From a virus (lineage: Duplodnaviria > Heunggongvirae > Uroviricota > Caudoviricetes): a DNA stretch of 9,805 bases. The stretch covers positions 1 to 9,805 of the IMG/VR virus record IMGVR_UViG_2541047885_000009; one strand, written 5' to 3'. Positions 1 to 7,160 of the stretch are shown in pieces. The notes beneath the pieces are model-generated. The model was given only the letters and a program-made list of their open reading frames with translations. It was not told where the DNA came from and did not search any database. The position numbers and the translations under genes are program-made. Numbering within the stretch: position 1 is the stretch's first letter; every line of letters begins with the position of its first letter.

Positions 1-594
1 GACGGTAAAAGTCTCACCCCGGATGATGTGCGTCCGATGCTTGAACAGATGGTGAAGGAGGCGGTAAGCCATATTCATGTTCCGCGTGATGGTCGTGACT
101 ACGATCCGGATGTTCTGCAGAAGGCGGTTCTGGATGCGGTGAGTGCCCTGCCGGCTCCACAGGACGGGCGTGATGCCACGGCACTGGAAATATTCCCGGC
201 GATTGATGAGCAAAAATCCTTTCCCCGGGGCACGTATGCCACACACCAGGGCGGACTCTGGCGGGCGTATGAAAAAACGCACGGGATGCGGGGATGGGAA
301 TGCCTGGTTGACGGGGTGGCGGATATTGACGTCAGCATGACGGGTGAGCGGTTGTTCTCTGTGGTGGTCCGGCAGAGCAGTGGCCAGCGTACGGAAAAAA
401 CATTTTCCCTGCCGGTGATGCTCTACCGCGGTGTGTTCAGAGCCGGTGAAACCTACCACCCCGGCGATACGGTGACGTGGGGGGGCTCGCTGTGGCACTG
501 CAACAGTATGACCGAAGATAAACCCGGAGAAGCTCATTCATCAGCCTGGACCCTGGCTGCAAAACGTGGGCGGGATGCAGGAGGCGGAAAATGA
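1..594 (+). CDS. Hypothetical phage protein, 5'-truncated by window edge (function unassigned; lies upstream of head-tail connector gene)
   Basis: Frame 1 is open from position 1 (DGKSLTPDDVRPMLEQ...) to the TGA at 592-594; the ORF track starts it at internal ATG 28. The stop overlaps the next gene start (ATGA at 591-594). It contains two copies of a P-x-DGRD motif. I recognise no family; position suggests a head-associated or accessory protein. Confidence 0.5.
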   Translation, partial: DGKSLTPDDVRPMLEQMVKEAVSHIHVPRDGRDYDPDVLQKAVLDAVSALPAPQDGRDATALEIFPAIDEQKSFPRGTYATHQGGLWRAYEKTHGMRGWECLVDGVADIDVSMTGERLFSVVVRQSSGQRTEKTFSLPVMLYRGVFRAGETYHPGDTVTWGGSLWHCNSMTEDKPGEAHSSAWTLAAKRGRDAGGGK

Positions 595-917
595 CGGCAT
601 TACTGACACTGGAAGAGATCAAGGCACATCTGCGTGTCGACCATGACGCGGATGATGACATGCTGATGGACAAGGTTCGTCAGGCTACCGCCGTGCTGCT
701 GGCCTACATTCAGGGCAGCCGGGATAAAGTGATCCGTGAGGACGGTGAACTGATCCCGGGCGAGGCATTAACCCGGATGAAGGGGGCTGCCATGCGACTG
801 ACCGGGATGCTGTACCGGAATCCGGATCTTGCGGAGCGGGAAGAACTGCTTCAGGGGGAGCTGCCGTTTTCTGTTTCCGTGCTGATTTACGATTTGCGTT
901 GTCCGACGGTGTTATGA
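591..917 (+). CDS. Phage head-tail connector protein (gp6-like, Phage_connect_1-type)
   Basis: 108 aa; the N-terminus MTALLTLEEIKAHLRVDHDADDDMLMDKVRQA is typical of gp6-like head-tail connector (DNA packaging) proteins. AGGAGG RBS at 579-584, 6 nt before the ATG at 591; ATGA overlap with the upstream ORF. Confidence 0.65.
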   Translation: MTALLTLEEIKAHLRVDHDADDDMLMDKVRQATAVLLAYIQGSRDKVIREDGELIPGEALTRMKGAAMRLTGMLYRNPDLAEREELLQGELPFSVSVLIYDLRCPTVL

Positions 918-926
918 GGAGGGGGA

Positions 927-1277
927 ATGGCAATATCTGCAGGTCGTCTGACACAGATGATAAGTGTTCTGAATCCGGTGTTAACCCGTAACGCTGCCGG
1001 AGAAATGACGGAAGAATGGGTGTCATGCGGGAAAATTCATGCGGATATCCGTGGCAGGAGCAGCCGGGAGCGGATGCAGTCCGGTGCGGAAATGGCGCAG
1101 GCGGAAATCCGCATCTGGGTGCGCGGTCAGTCCGGTCGGGAAATCACGGCAGCGTCACGACTTCATGTGCTGAGTGGTCCATGGCGTGACCGGATCCTGA
1201 ACGTTGTCGGGCTGCCCGTGCCGGATGCGACCGGCGGGCGTCTGGAAATTCTCTGTCGGCTGGGAGGGGAAAAATGA
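927..1277 (+). CDS. Phage head closure / head-tail adaptor protein (SPP1 gp16 / HK97 gp7-like)
   Basis: 116 aa; size, position after the connector gene and the Arg/Gly-rich C-terminal half match head-tail joining proteins. Strong RBS GAGGAGGGGG directly upstream of the ATG at 927; the stop overlaps the next start (ATGA at 1274-1277). Confidence 0.55.
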   Translation: MAISAGRLTQMISVLNPVLTRNAAGEMTEEWVSCGKIHADIRGRSSRERMQSGAEMAQAEIRIWVRGQSGREITAASRLHVLSGPWRDRILNVVGLPVPDATGGRLEILCRLGGEK

Positions 1278-1720
1278 TCGAAACCCTGCTGGATTTTTCG
1301 GGGCTGGAGGACATCAGCCGCGATTTGCAGCTTCTGAGTGGTGCGGAAAATAACCGGGTGCTGCGTGAGGCAACCCGTGCGGGTGCGAATGTGCTGAAAG
1401 AAGAAGTGGTGTCACGGGCACCGGTACGCAGGGGAAAACTGCGCCGCAATGTGGTGATCCTTTCCCGGCGCTCCCGCGATGGCGGGATGGAATCCGGTGT
1501 CCATATCCGTGGTGTTAATCCGGACACCGGTAACAGCGATAACACTATGAAGGCGGATAACCCGCGCAATGCTTTCTACTGGCGGTTTGTGGAAATGGGG
1601 ACTGTGAATATGCCACCGCACCCGTTTGTGCGCCCGGCGTTTGATGTGCGCAGTGAACAGGCAGCTCAGGTGGCGATTGCGCGGATGAACCGGGCCATTG
1701 ATGAGGTACTGAGACGATGA
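1274..1720 (+). CDS. HK97 gp10-family phage protein (tail completion / tail-component family)
   Basis: 148 aa; the C-terminal motif NAFYWRFVEMGT...MPPHPFVRPAFD is characteristic of the HK97 gp10 family. RBS GGGAGGGG upstream; ATGA overlap with the next gene at 1717-1720. Confidence 0.6.
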   Translation: MIETLLDFSGLEDISRDLQLLSGAENNRVLREATRAGANVLKEEVVSRAPVRRGKLRRNVVILSRRSRDGGMESGVHIRGVNPDTGNSDNTMKADNPRNAFYWRFVEMGTVNMPPHPFVRPAFDVRSEQAAQVAIARMNRAIDEVLRR

Positions 1721-2061
1721 CGGAGGCGGATTTGTATCCTCATCTGGCGCATCTTGCCGGCGGGCAGGTGTACCCGTATGTGGTCCCCCTGCTGGATGGC
1801 AGGCCGTCGGTGGCGCTTCCGTGGGTGGTTTTCAGCCTGATTTCATCGGTGTCAGCGGACGTGATGGGCGGGCAGGCGGAGTCCTCAGTGTCGGTGCAGA
1901 TAGACGTTTATGCCGGGACTGTGACGCAGGCGCGTCAGATACGTCAGGACGCCCGTGAAGCCATAATGCTGCTGGCCCCGGGATCCGTCAGTGAAATGCA
2001 GGACTATATTCCGGAAAACCGCTGTTACCGTGCAACCCTGGAGTTTCAGGTCACGGTGTGA
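1717..2061 (+). CDS. Tail terminator-like protein (gpU-like / DUF3168-type), immediately upstream of major tail gene
   Basis: 114 aa; position directly before the major tail protein gene and size match tail tube terminator proteins. Assignment is by synteny and general sequence character, with no sharp motif. Confidence 0.45.
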   Translation: MTEADLYPHLAHLAGGQVYPYVVPLLDGRPSVALPWVVFSLISSVSADVMGGQAESSVSVQIDVYAGTVTQARQIRQDAREAIMLLAPGSVSEMQDYIPENRCYRATLEFQVTV

Positions 2062-2088
2062 CTTTTTCTTTTTTCTACAAAACCATAC

Positions 2089-2109
2089 CCCGCCGCGTGC
2101 GGGTTTTTT
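2089..2109 (+). terminator. Terminator-like GC hairpin plus T-tract between tail terminator and major tail genes
   Basis: CCCGC (2089-2093) pairs with GCGGG (2099-2103) around a 5-nt loop, followed by TTTTTT (2104-2109). It lies in the 64-nt intergenic gap before the major tail gene RBS. Confidence 0.35.
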
Positions 2110-2125
2110 ATTATCAGGAGGCAGA

Positions 2126-2842
2126 ATGTCTGCTTTGTATGAACGCTCACAGCTGACGCAGGTGATGATTTCATCTGCCCCGGCGACTGCTGAAACTATG
2201 GATAAGGCGGAATATCTGCGCCTGGATTGCACCATCAAGGAAGTCCAGTTCACCGCCGGTCAGAAACAGGATATTGATGTGACCACGCTCTGCTCCACCG
2301 AGCAGGAGAACATCAACGGTCTGGGGGCGTCGTCTGAGATTTCCATGTCGGGTAATTTTTATCTGAATCAGGCCCAGAACGCCCTGCGTGATGCCTATGA
2401 CAATGACTCGTTGTATGCGTTTAAGGTGCAGTTTCCGTCCGGTAAGGGCTTTAAGTTCCTGGCGGAAGTGCGTCAGCACACCTGGTCATCCGGTACCAAC
2501 GGCGTGGTGGCAGCAACGTTTTCACTGCGTCTGAAAGGCAAACCGGTGTCCTATGTGGTACCGCTGGCGTTTGTGAAAAATCTGGATAAAACACTTACCG
2601 TGAATACAGGTGCGCTGCTGACAATGTCAGTCAGTGCCAACGGGGGAACGCCGCCGTATAAATACGCCTGGAAGAAGGATGGTCAGCCGGTTGACGGGCA
2701 GACGACAGACACCTTCAGTAAGCCAGGTGCGCAGTCCGCTGATGCGGGGAAATATACCTGCGTGGTGACCGATTCGGCAGAGAAAGCACAGAGTGTGACG
2801 TCTGTTGAATGCACCGTGACAGTGAGCGCAGCCGCCGGATAA
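2126..2842 (+). CDS. Major tail (tube) protein, lambda gpV-like, with C-terminal Ig-like domain
   Basis: 238 aa from the ATG at 2126, preceded by an AGGAGG RBS at 2116-2121. The motif AFKVQFPSGKGFKFLAEV resembles lambda gpV AYKIRFPNGTVDVFRGWV. The C-terminal ~80 aa (TLTVNTGALLTMSVSANGGTPPYKYAWKKDGQPV...AGKYTCVVTD...VECTVTV) has an Ig-like signature. The longer track ORF from 1991 is rejected because it spans the upstream hairpin and has no RBS. Confidence 0.8.
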   Translation: MSALYERSQLTQVMISSAPATAETMDKAEYLRLDCTIKEVQFTAGQKQDIDVTTLCSTEQENINGLGASSEISMSGNFYLNQAQNALRDAYDNDSLYAFKVQFPSGKGFKFLAEVRQHTWSSGTNGVVAATFSLRLKGKPVSYVVPLAFVKNLDKTLTVNTGALLTMSVSANGGTPPYKYAWKKDGQPVDGQTTDTFSKPGAQSADAGKYTCVVTDSAEKAQSVTSVECTVTVSAAAG

Positions 2843-2856
2843 GGGGATGGGTCATC

Positions 2857-3231
2857 ATGAAAAAGGATCTGAAAACGCTGGCGCTGGCCAGACTGTCAGG
2901 GTTTCGTCATAAAACGGTGAAGGTGCCGGAATGGGGTAATGTCAGCGTGGTGCTGCGGGAGCCTTCGGCAGAGGCCTGGTATCTGTGGCAGGAAGTGCTC
3001 AATGGTGATGGAGAGGATGACGATACCCTGTCGGTGGTGGCGAAAACCCGCCGTAACCTGGAAGCGGATGTGACGCTGTTCTGCGATGTCCTGTGTGATA
3101 CGGATCTGCAGCGGGTGTTCGCTCCGGACGACCGTGAGCAGGTGCTGGCCGTCTATGGTCCGGTACATGCCCGGTTGCTGCGTCAGGCACTGGAACTGAT
3201 CGCTGATGCAGAGTCGGCCAGAAAAAAGTAG
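2857..3231 (+). CDS. Tail assembly chaperone G-like protein
   Basis: 124 aa from the ATG at 2857 (MKKDLKTLALARL...), 14 nt after the major tail stop. Acidic region (GDGEDDDT). Ends at TAG 3229-3231 just after a slippery heptamer. Lies between the major tail and tape measure genes, as in lambda G. Confidence 0.75.
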   Translation: MKKDLKTLALARLSGFRHKTVKVPEWGNVSVVLREPSAEAWYLWQEVLNGDGEDDDTLSVVAKTRRNLEADVTLFCDVLCDTDLQRVFAPDDREQVLAVYGPVHARLLRQALELIADAESARKK

Positions 3232-3536
3232 CCCGCCCGGAAATTCGCTTTCTGATGCGACTTGCGCTCCGTCTGGGGCGCACCTTATCCGAACTGCGGC
3301 ACAGCCTGAGTGTGAGCGAGGCGATGATGTGGATGGAGTTCGACAGGGTATCCCCGCTGGGTGATGAGCGCGGGGATATCCGTAATGCACAGATCGTGAA
3401 AGCGGTTTTTGGGGCACAGGGGATGAATGTTGCACTGAAGGACGCCATGCTCTGCTGGGGCGAGGATGAGGATAAGCCGGAGGTGGATCCGTTTGCGGCG
3501 CTGGAAGACGCGCTGAGCTTTGCAGCACAGTCATGA
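2857..3536 (+). CDS. Tail assembly chaperone G-T fusion made by programmed -1 ribosomal frameshift (shift at 3222-3228)
   Basis: The -1 frame is open from the slippery site through to TGA 3534-3536 and matches track ORF 3255-3536 (...MRLALRLGRTLSELRHS...AAQS). That ORF has no RBS of its own. The arrangement matches the conserved G/GT frameshift of long-tailed phages. Confidence 0.7.
3222..3228 (+). other. Slippery heptamer A_AAA_AAG for -1 programmed frameshift (G to G-T)
   Basis: Zero-frame codons are GCC AGA AAA AAG TAG. The heptamer A AAA AAG at 3222-3228 is a canonical X_XXY_YYZ slippery site, placed 1 nt before the G stop codon. Confidence 0.7.
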
Positions 3537-3544
3537 ATGATGAG

Positions 3545-3565
3545 AACCGCTGAGGCGGTTTTTTT
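3545..3565 (+). terminator. Terminator-like hairpin plus T-tract between G-T and tape measure genes
   Basis: AACCGC (3545-3550) pairs with GCGGTT (3555-3560) around loop TGAG, followed by a T run through 3565. It sits 9 nt after the T-frame stop and 18 nt before the tape measure ATG. Confidence 0.35.
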
Positions 3566-3583
3566 ACGCCCGGAGAAAGGTGA

Positions 3584-6500
3584 ATGGCGACGTTACGTGA
3601 ACTGATTATCAAAATTTCGGCAAATTCGCAGTCATTCCAGTCGGAGATCCAGCGGGCTTCCCGCATGGGCAGTGAATATTACCGGACCCTGCAGAATGGC
3701 GGGCGTCAGGCTGCCGCAGTCGCCCGGGAGCAGCGACGCGCCCTGGCTGAGCTGAACAGCCAGTTGACGGAAATCCGCGCTTCAGCTGCCGGAACGGCGG
3801 GGGTATTTGCAGGTGCCTTTGCCACCGGACACCTGATTTCTCTGGCCGATGAATGGAGTTCCGTGAATGCCCGACTGAAACAGGCGTCGCAGTCATCCGA
3901 TGAATTTTCGTCATCACAGAAAGTGCTGATGGATATCAGCCAGCGGACGGGCACGGCATTTTCAGATAATGCGGCCCTGTTTGCCCGCTCGGCAGCCTCA
4001 ATGCGTGAATATGGTTACAGTGCTGATGATGTGCTGAAGGTGACGGAGGCCATTTCCACGGGGCTGAAAATCTCCGGTGCCAGTACGGCAGAGGCGGGCT
4101 CGGTGATCACCCAGTTCAGCCAGGCGCTGGCACAGGGTGTGTTACGCGGTGAGGAATTTAATTCGGTCAATGAAAGCGGAGACCGGATCGTACGTGCACT
4201 GGCTGCGGGTATGGGCGTGGCCCGTAAAGACCTTAAGGCGATGGCGGACGACGGCAAACTGACGGCGGATAAAGTCGTTCCTGCGTTAATCAGCCAGCTG
4301 GGGGTATTGCGTGATGAATATGCCGCCATGCCGGAAACGGTCTCTGACGGGATCACAAAGGTGGAAAACGCCTTTATGGCCTGGGTGGGTGGCGCGAATG
4401 AAGCCAGCGGAGCGACGAAAACGCTCTCCGGCGTGCTGAACGGTGTTGCCGGTAATATTGATAATGTGGCAACAGCCGCGGGGGCGCTGGTTGCCGTCGG
4501 GGTTGCCCGGTACTTTGGCAATATGGCCTCCGGAGCGGTGTCTGCCACGGCAGGACTTGTGACGGCAGCACGTAATGAAGTGGCACTGGCGGAAGCACAG
4601 CTCAGGGGGACGCAGATTGCCACGGCGCGGGCAAGGGCAGCCGTGTACCGTGCACAGCAGGCTGTGGCGGCAGCCCGCGGGACGGAGATGCAGATTGCTG
4701 CAGAAGCCCGTCTGGCGGCCACACAGGAACGCCTGAACAGAAATATTGCTGCCAGAACCGCAGCCCAGAATGCGCTGAACAGTACAACGGCGGTGGGCTC
4801 ACGTCTGATGACTGGTGCGTTGGGACTGGTTGGTGGCGTACCCGGACTGGTGATGCTGGGGGCAGCAGCATGGTATACGCTGTACCAGAATCAGGAGCAG
4901 GCCAGGGAGTCAGCGCGCCAGTATGCACTGACGATAGATGAAATCGCGCATAAAACGCCGTCAATGTCTTTGCCTGAAGCCTCAGATAATGAAGGACGAA
5001 CACGGGCGGCGCTGGCAGAGCAGAACCGGCTGATTGATGAACAGGCCAGCCGGGTGAAATCCCTGCAGGAAAAAATCGCTGGATATCAGTATGTTCTGGC
5101 TAACCCTGGCTGGACAACCGGTGACGGATTCATGATAAACCATCTGACATCGGTGAAGACCGTGACGGAAGGGCTTTCTCAGGCAACAGAGCAGCTTGCC
5201 GTTGAGCAGTCCCGTCTGGCACAGATGCAGGAAAAAGCGCAGTCCATTCAGGATGTGCTTGCCGGGCTGGAAGACCGTCGTGTGGCGTTAATTCGTCAGC
5301 AGGCGGCAGAGCAGAATAAGGTGTACCAGTCCATGCTGGTTATGAACGGTCAGCATACGGAATTCAACCGTCTGCTGGGGCTGGGTAATGAACTGCTTCA
5401 GCAGCGTCAGGGACTGGTGAATGTACCGTTACGGCTGCCGCAGGCCACCCTGGATGATAAACAGCAGAGCGCCCTGACAAAAACAGAACGTGAGCTGGCC
5501 CTGTCCCGACTGAAGGGGGAGGAAAAAGAGCGTGCCCGGCTGGGGTATGCGGCGGATGACCTTGGTTTTGTGGGGGATTCGTATCAGGAGGCGAGACAGC
5601 GTTATATCAGTAATGCTCTGGAAGCCTGGCGTAATAACGAGGCGAATAAACCCAAATCCCGGGGGGGAAAATCAGAGACGGAAAAAGCGGAAGACAGTTT
5701 TTCCCGGCTACTGAAGCAGCAGAAAGAGCAACTGGCACTGGCGGGTCAGAATACAGAGCTGGCGAAGCTGAAGTACCAGACTGCGCAGGGCGAACTGAAA
5801 ACCCTGACGGAGATGCAGAAGCAGGAACTGCTGCGCAATGCGGCCCTGATTGACCAGCAAAAAATCCGGGAACAGTTGCGATCCCGGGAAGAGACCCTGA
5901 AGAATGATAATGTGGCTGCGCGTGCATCAAATGAAGCCGAACTGCTGGGGTACGGGCAGGGAGAACGAGCCAGGGAACGCATGCGGGAGTTGCAGCAGAT
6001 CCGCGACAGCTTCCGCCAGAAGGATGCGGACCTTCAGTCTCAGTATCAGACCGGGGATATCAGTGAGGATTTTTACAGACAGGCACGGGCACAGAACGCG
6101 CAGTATCTGAGCGAACGCCTTAAGGACCAGGCAGCCTTTTATGCCGAATCGGATGCGCAGCGTGCGGACTGGCAGAAAGGCTTGCAGGAGGGGCTCAGTA
6201 ACTGGGTGGACAATGCATCCGATTACGCCTCTCAGGCAGCACAGCTGGCAACGGAGGGGATTTCAGGACTGGTGAATAACATCACGGAGATGCTGAACGG
6301 AAACAAAGTGGAATGGCGCAACTGGGCCTCATCCGTACTGCAGGAAATCTCAAAAGTTCTTATGAATGCCGCGATTGTCAACGGAATTAAGACGGCGGCA
6401 AACGGTATGTCCGGTGCGGGAGGATTTATTGGCAGCATTGGTGACTGGCTGGGCGGTGCGGTGGCCAATGCAAAAGGCGGCGTGTATACCTCGGCAAACC

Positions 6501-6826
6501 TGAGTGCGTACAGCAACAGCATTGTGGACACGCCCACGTACTTTGCGTTTGCAAAAGGGGCCGGGCTGATGGGGGAAGCCGGACCTGAAGCCATTATGCC
6601 CCTGACCCGGGCGGCGGATGGCTCGCTGGGCGTACGCGCGGTGGGCAGTATGAACGGCAGTGCCGGTCTGGTGTATTCCCCGGTCTACCACATCGCCATT
6701 CAGAATGACGGGGCTAACGGACAGATAGGGGCGGAGGCGGCAGGCAGTCTTGTGCAGCTGATTGACCAGCGGGTGCAGGCGGTGATGCTGTCCATGCGAC
6801 GTGACGGAGGAATGCTGAGTGGCTGA
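3584..6826 (+). CDS. Tail tape measure protein (lambda gpH-like)
   Basis: 1080 aa; RBS AGAAAGG upstream of the ATG at 3584. Largest gene in the tail cluster, Ala/Gln-rich coiled-coil sequence, two hydrophobic Gly/Ala-rich segments (about nt 4465-4570 and 4805-4875), and a C-terminal motif GLMGEAGPEAIMPL typical of lambda-family tape measure proteins. Lies between G-T and M. Confidence 0.9.
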   Translation: MATLRELIIKISANSQSFQSEIQRASRMGSEYYRTLQNGGRQAAAVAREQRRALAELNSQLTEIRASAAGTAGVFAGAFATGHLISLADEWSSVNARLKQASQSSDEFSSSQKVLMDISQRTGTAFSDNAALFARSAASMREYGYSADDVLKVTEAISTGLKISGASTAEAGSVITQFSQALAQGVLRGEEFNSVNESGDRIVRALAAGMGVARKDLKAMADDGKLTADKVVPALISQLGVLRDEYAAMPETVSDGITKVENAFMAWVGGANEASGATKTLSGVLNGVAGNIDNVATAAGALVAVGVARYFGNMASGAVSATAGLVTAARNEVALAEAQLRGTQIATARARAAVYRAQQAVAAARGTEMQIAAEARLAATQERLNRNIAARTAAQNALNSTTAVGSRLMTGALGLVGGVPGLVMLGAAAWYTLYQNQEQARESARQYALTIDEIAHKTPSMSLPEASDNEGRTRAALAEQNRLIDEQASRVKSLQEKIAGYQYVLANPGWTTGDGFMINHLTSVKTVTEGLSQATEQLAVEQSRLAQMQEKAQSIQDVLAGLEDRRVALIRQQAAEQNKVYQSMLVMNGQHTEFNRLLGLGNELLQQRQGLVNVPLRLPQATLDDKQQSALTKTERELALSRLKGEEKERARLGYAADDLGFVGDSYQEARQRYISNALEAWRNNEANKPKSRGGKSETEKAEDSFSRLLKQQKEQLALAGQNTELAKLKYQTAQGELKTLTEMQKQELLRNAALIDQQKIREQLRSREETLKNDNVAARASNEAELLGYGQGERARERMRELQQIRDSFRQKDADLQSQYQTGDISEDFYRQARAQNAQYLSERLKDQAAFYAESDAQRADWQKGLQEGLSNWVDNASDYASQAAQLATEGISGLVNNITEMLNGNKVEWRNWASSVLQEISKVLMNAAIVNGIKTAANGMSGAGGFIGSIGDWLGGAVANAKGGVYTSANLSAYSNSIVDTPTYFAFAKGAGLMGEAGPEAIMPLTRAADGSLGVRAVGSMNGSAGLVYSPVYHIAIQNDGANGQIGAEAAGSLVQLIDQRVQAVMLSMRRDGGMLSG

Positions 6827-7160
6827 GATAAAAACGCTGCATCTGGTCCCGCGTGAAGGGATGCAGGTGAGTGAGAAACCGTCGGTGGCGAGGGTACGGT
6901 TTGGTGACGGTTATGAACAGCGCCGCCCGACGGGACTTAATGCCCGACTGAAGACGTTTCAGGCGGTGTTCCGGGTGACGGATGAGGCGACCCGGCGATG
7001 GCTGGAAGAGTTTTTATCGTGGCATGGTGGTTACCGTGCCTTTTTGTGGCGACCGCCGAAACATAACCGGACGGTGAGGGTGGTGTGCCGGGAGTGGAGC
7101 GTCACAGATAACGCCAGGTACAGTGATTTCAGTTGTACGATTGAGCAGGTGGTGAACTGA
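6819..7160 (+). CDS. M: Minor tail protein M (lambda gpM homolog)
   Basis: 113 aa; by my recollection of lambda gpM it aligns along its length (PSVARVRFGDGYEQRRPTGLNARLKTF vs lambda PSVRKVRFGDGYSQRAPAGLNANLKTY; C-terminal EQVVN identical). GTG start at 6819 overlaps the tape measure stop (6824-6826). Confidence 0.9.
   Translation: MAEIKTLHLVPREGMQVSEKPSVARVRFGDGYEQRRPTGLNARLKTFQAVFRVTDEATRRWLEEFLSWHGGYRAFLWRPPKHNRTVRVVCREWSVTDNARYSDFSCTIEQVVN

Noticed and set aside
1991-2125. N-terminal extension of the major tail ORF starting at ATG 1991 (MKCRTIFRK...)
   Set aside because: The extension overlaps the 3' end of the upstream gene and the terminator-like hairpin and encodes an implausible FFFF stretch. 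The ATG at 2126 has a canonical AGGAGG RBS.
2809-2856. Alternative start for the G chaperone at ATG 2809
   Set aside because: It would overlap the last 11 codons of the major tail gene and has no RBS. The ATG at 2857 follows a purine-rich stretch and yields the expected size.
3255-3536. Independent 93-aa ORF (track start MRLALRLG...)
   Set aside because: It is better explained as the T portion of the G-T frameshift product: it is in the -1 frame relative to G, continuous with the slippery site, and has no RBS of its own.
2896-3666. 256-aa ORF on the - strand overlapping the G/G-T chaperone genes and the tape measure start
   Set aside because: It is antisense to genes with clear coupling and frameshift architecture. 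Its Pro/Arg/Ser-rich composition is typical of spurious GC-rich antisense frames.
4015-4722. 235-aa Ala-rich ORF on the - strand inside the tape measure gene
   Set aside because: It lies antisense to a strongly supported 1080-aa gene in GC-rich, Ala-codon-rich sequence where long antisense open frames arise by chance. It has low-complexity composition and no RBS or family resemblance.
5532-5930. Short overlapping ORFs (5532-5714 + and 5607-5930 -) inside the tape measure gene
   Set aside because: They are alternate-frame or antisense frames within a well-supported gene, with no independent start signals, and are most likely non-coding.
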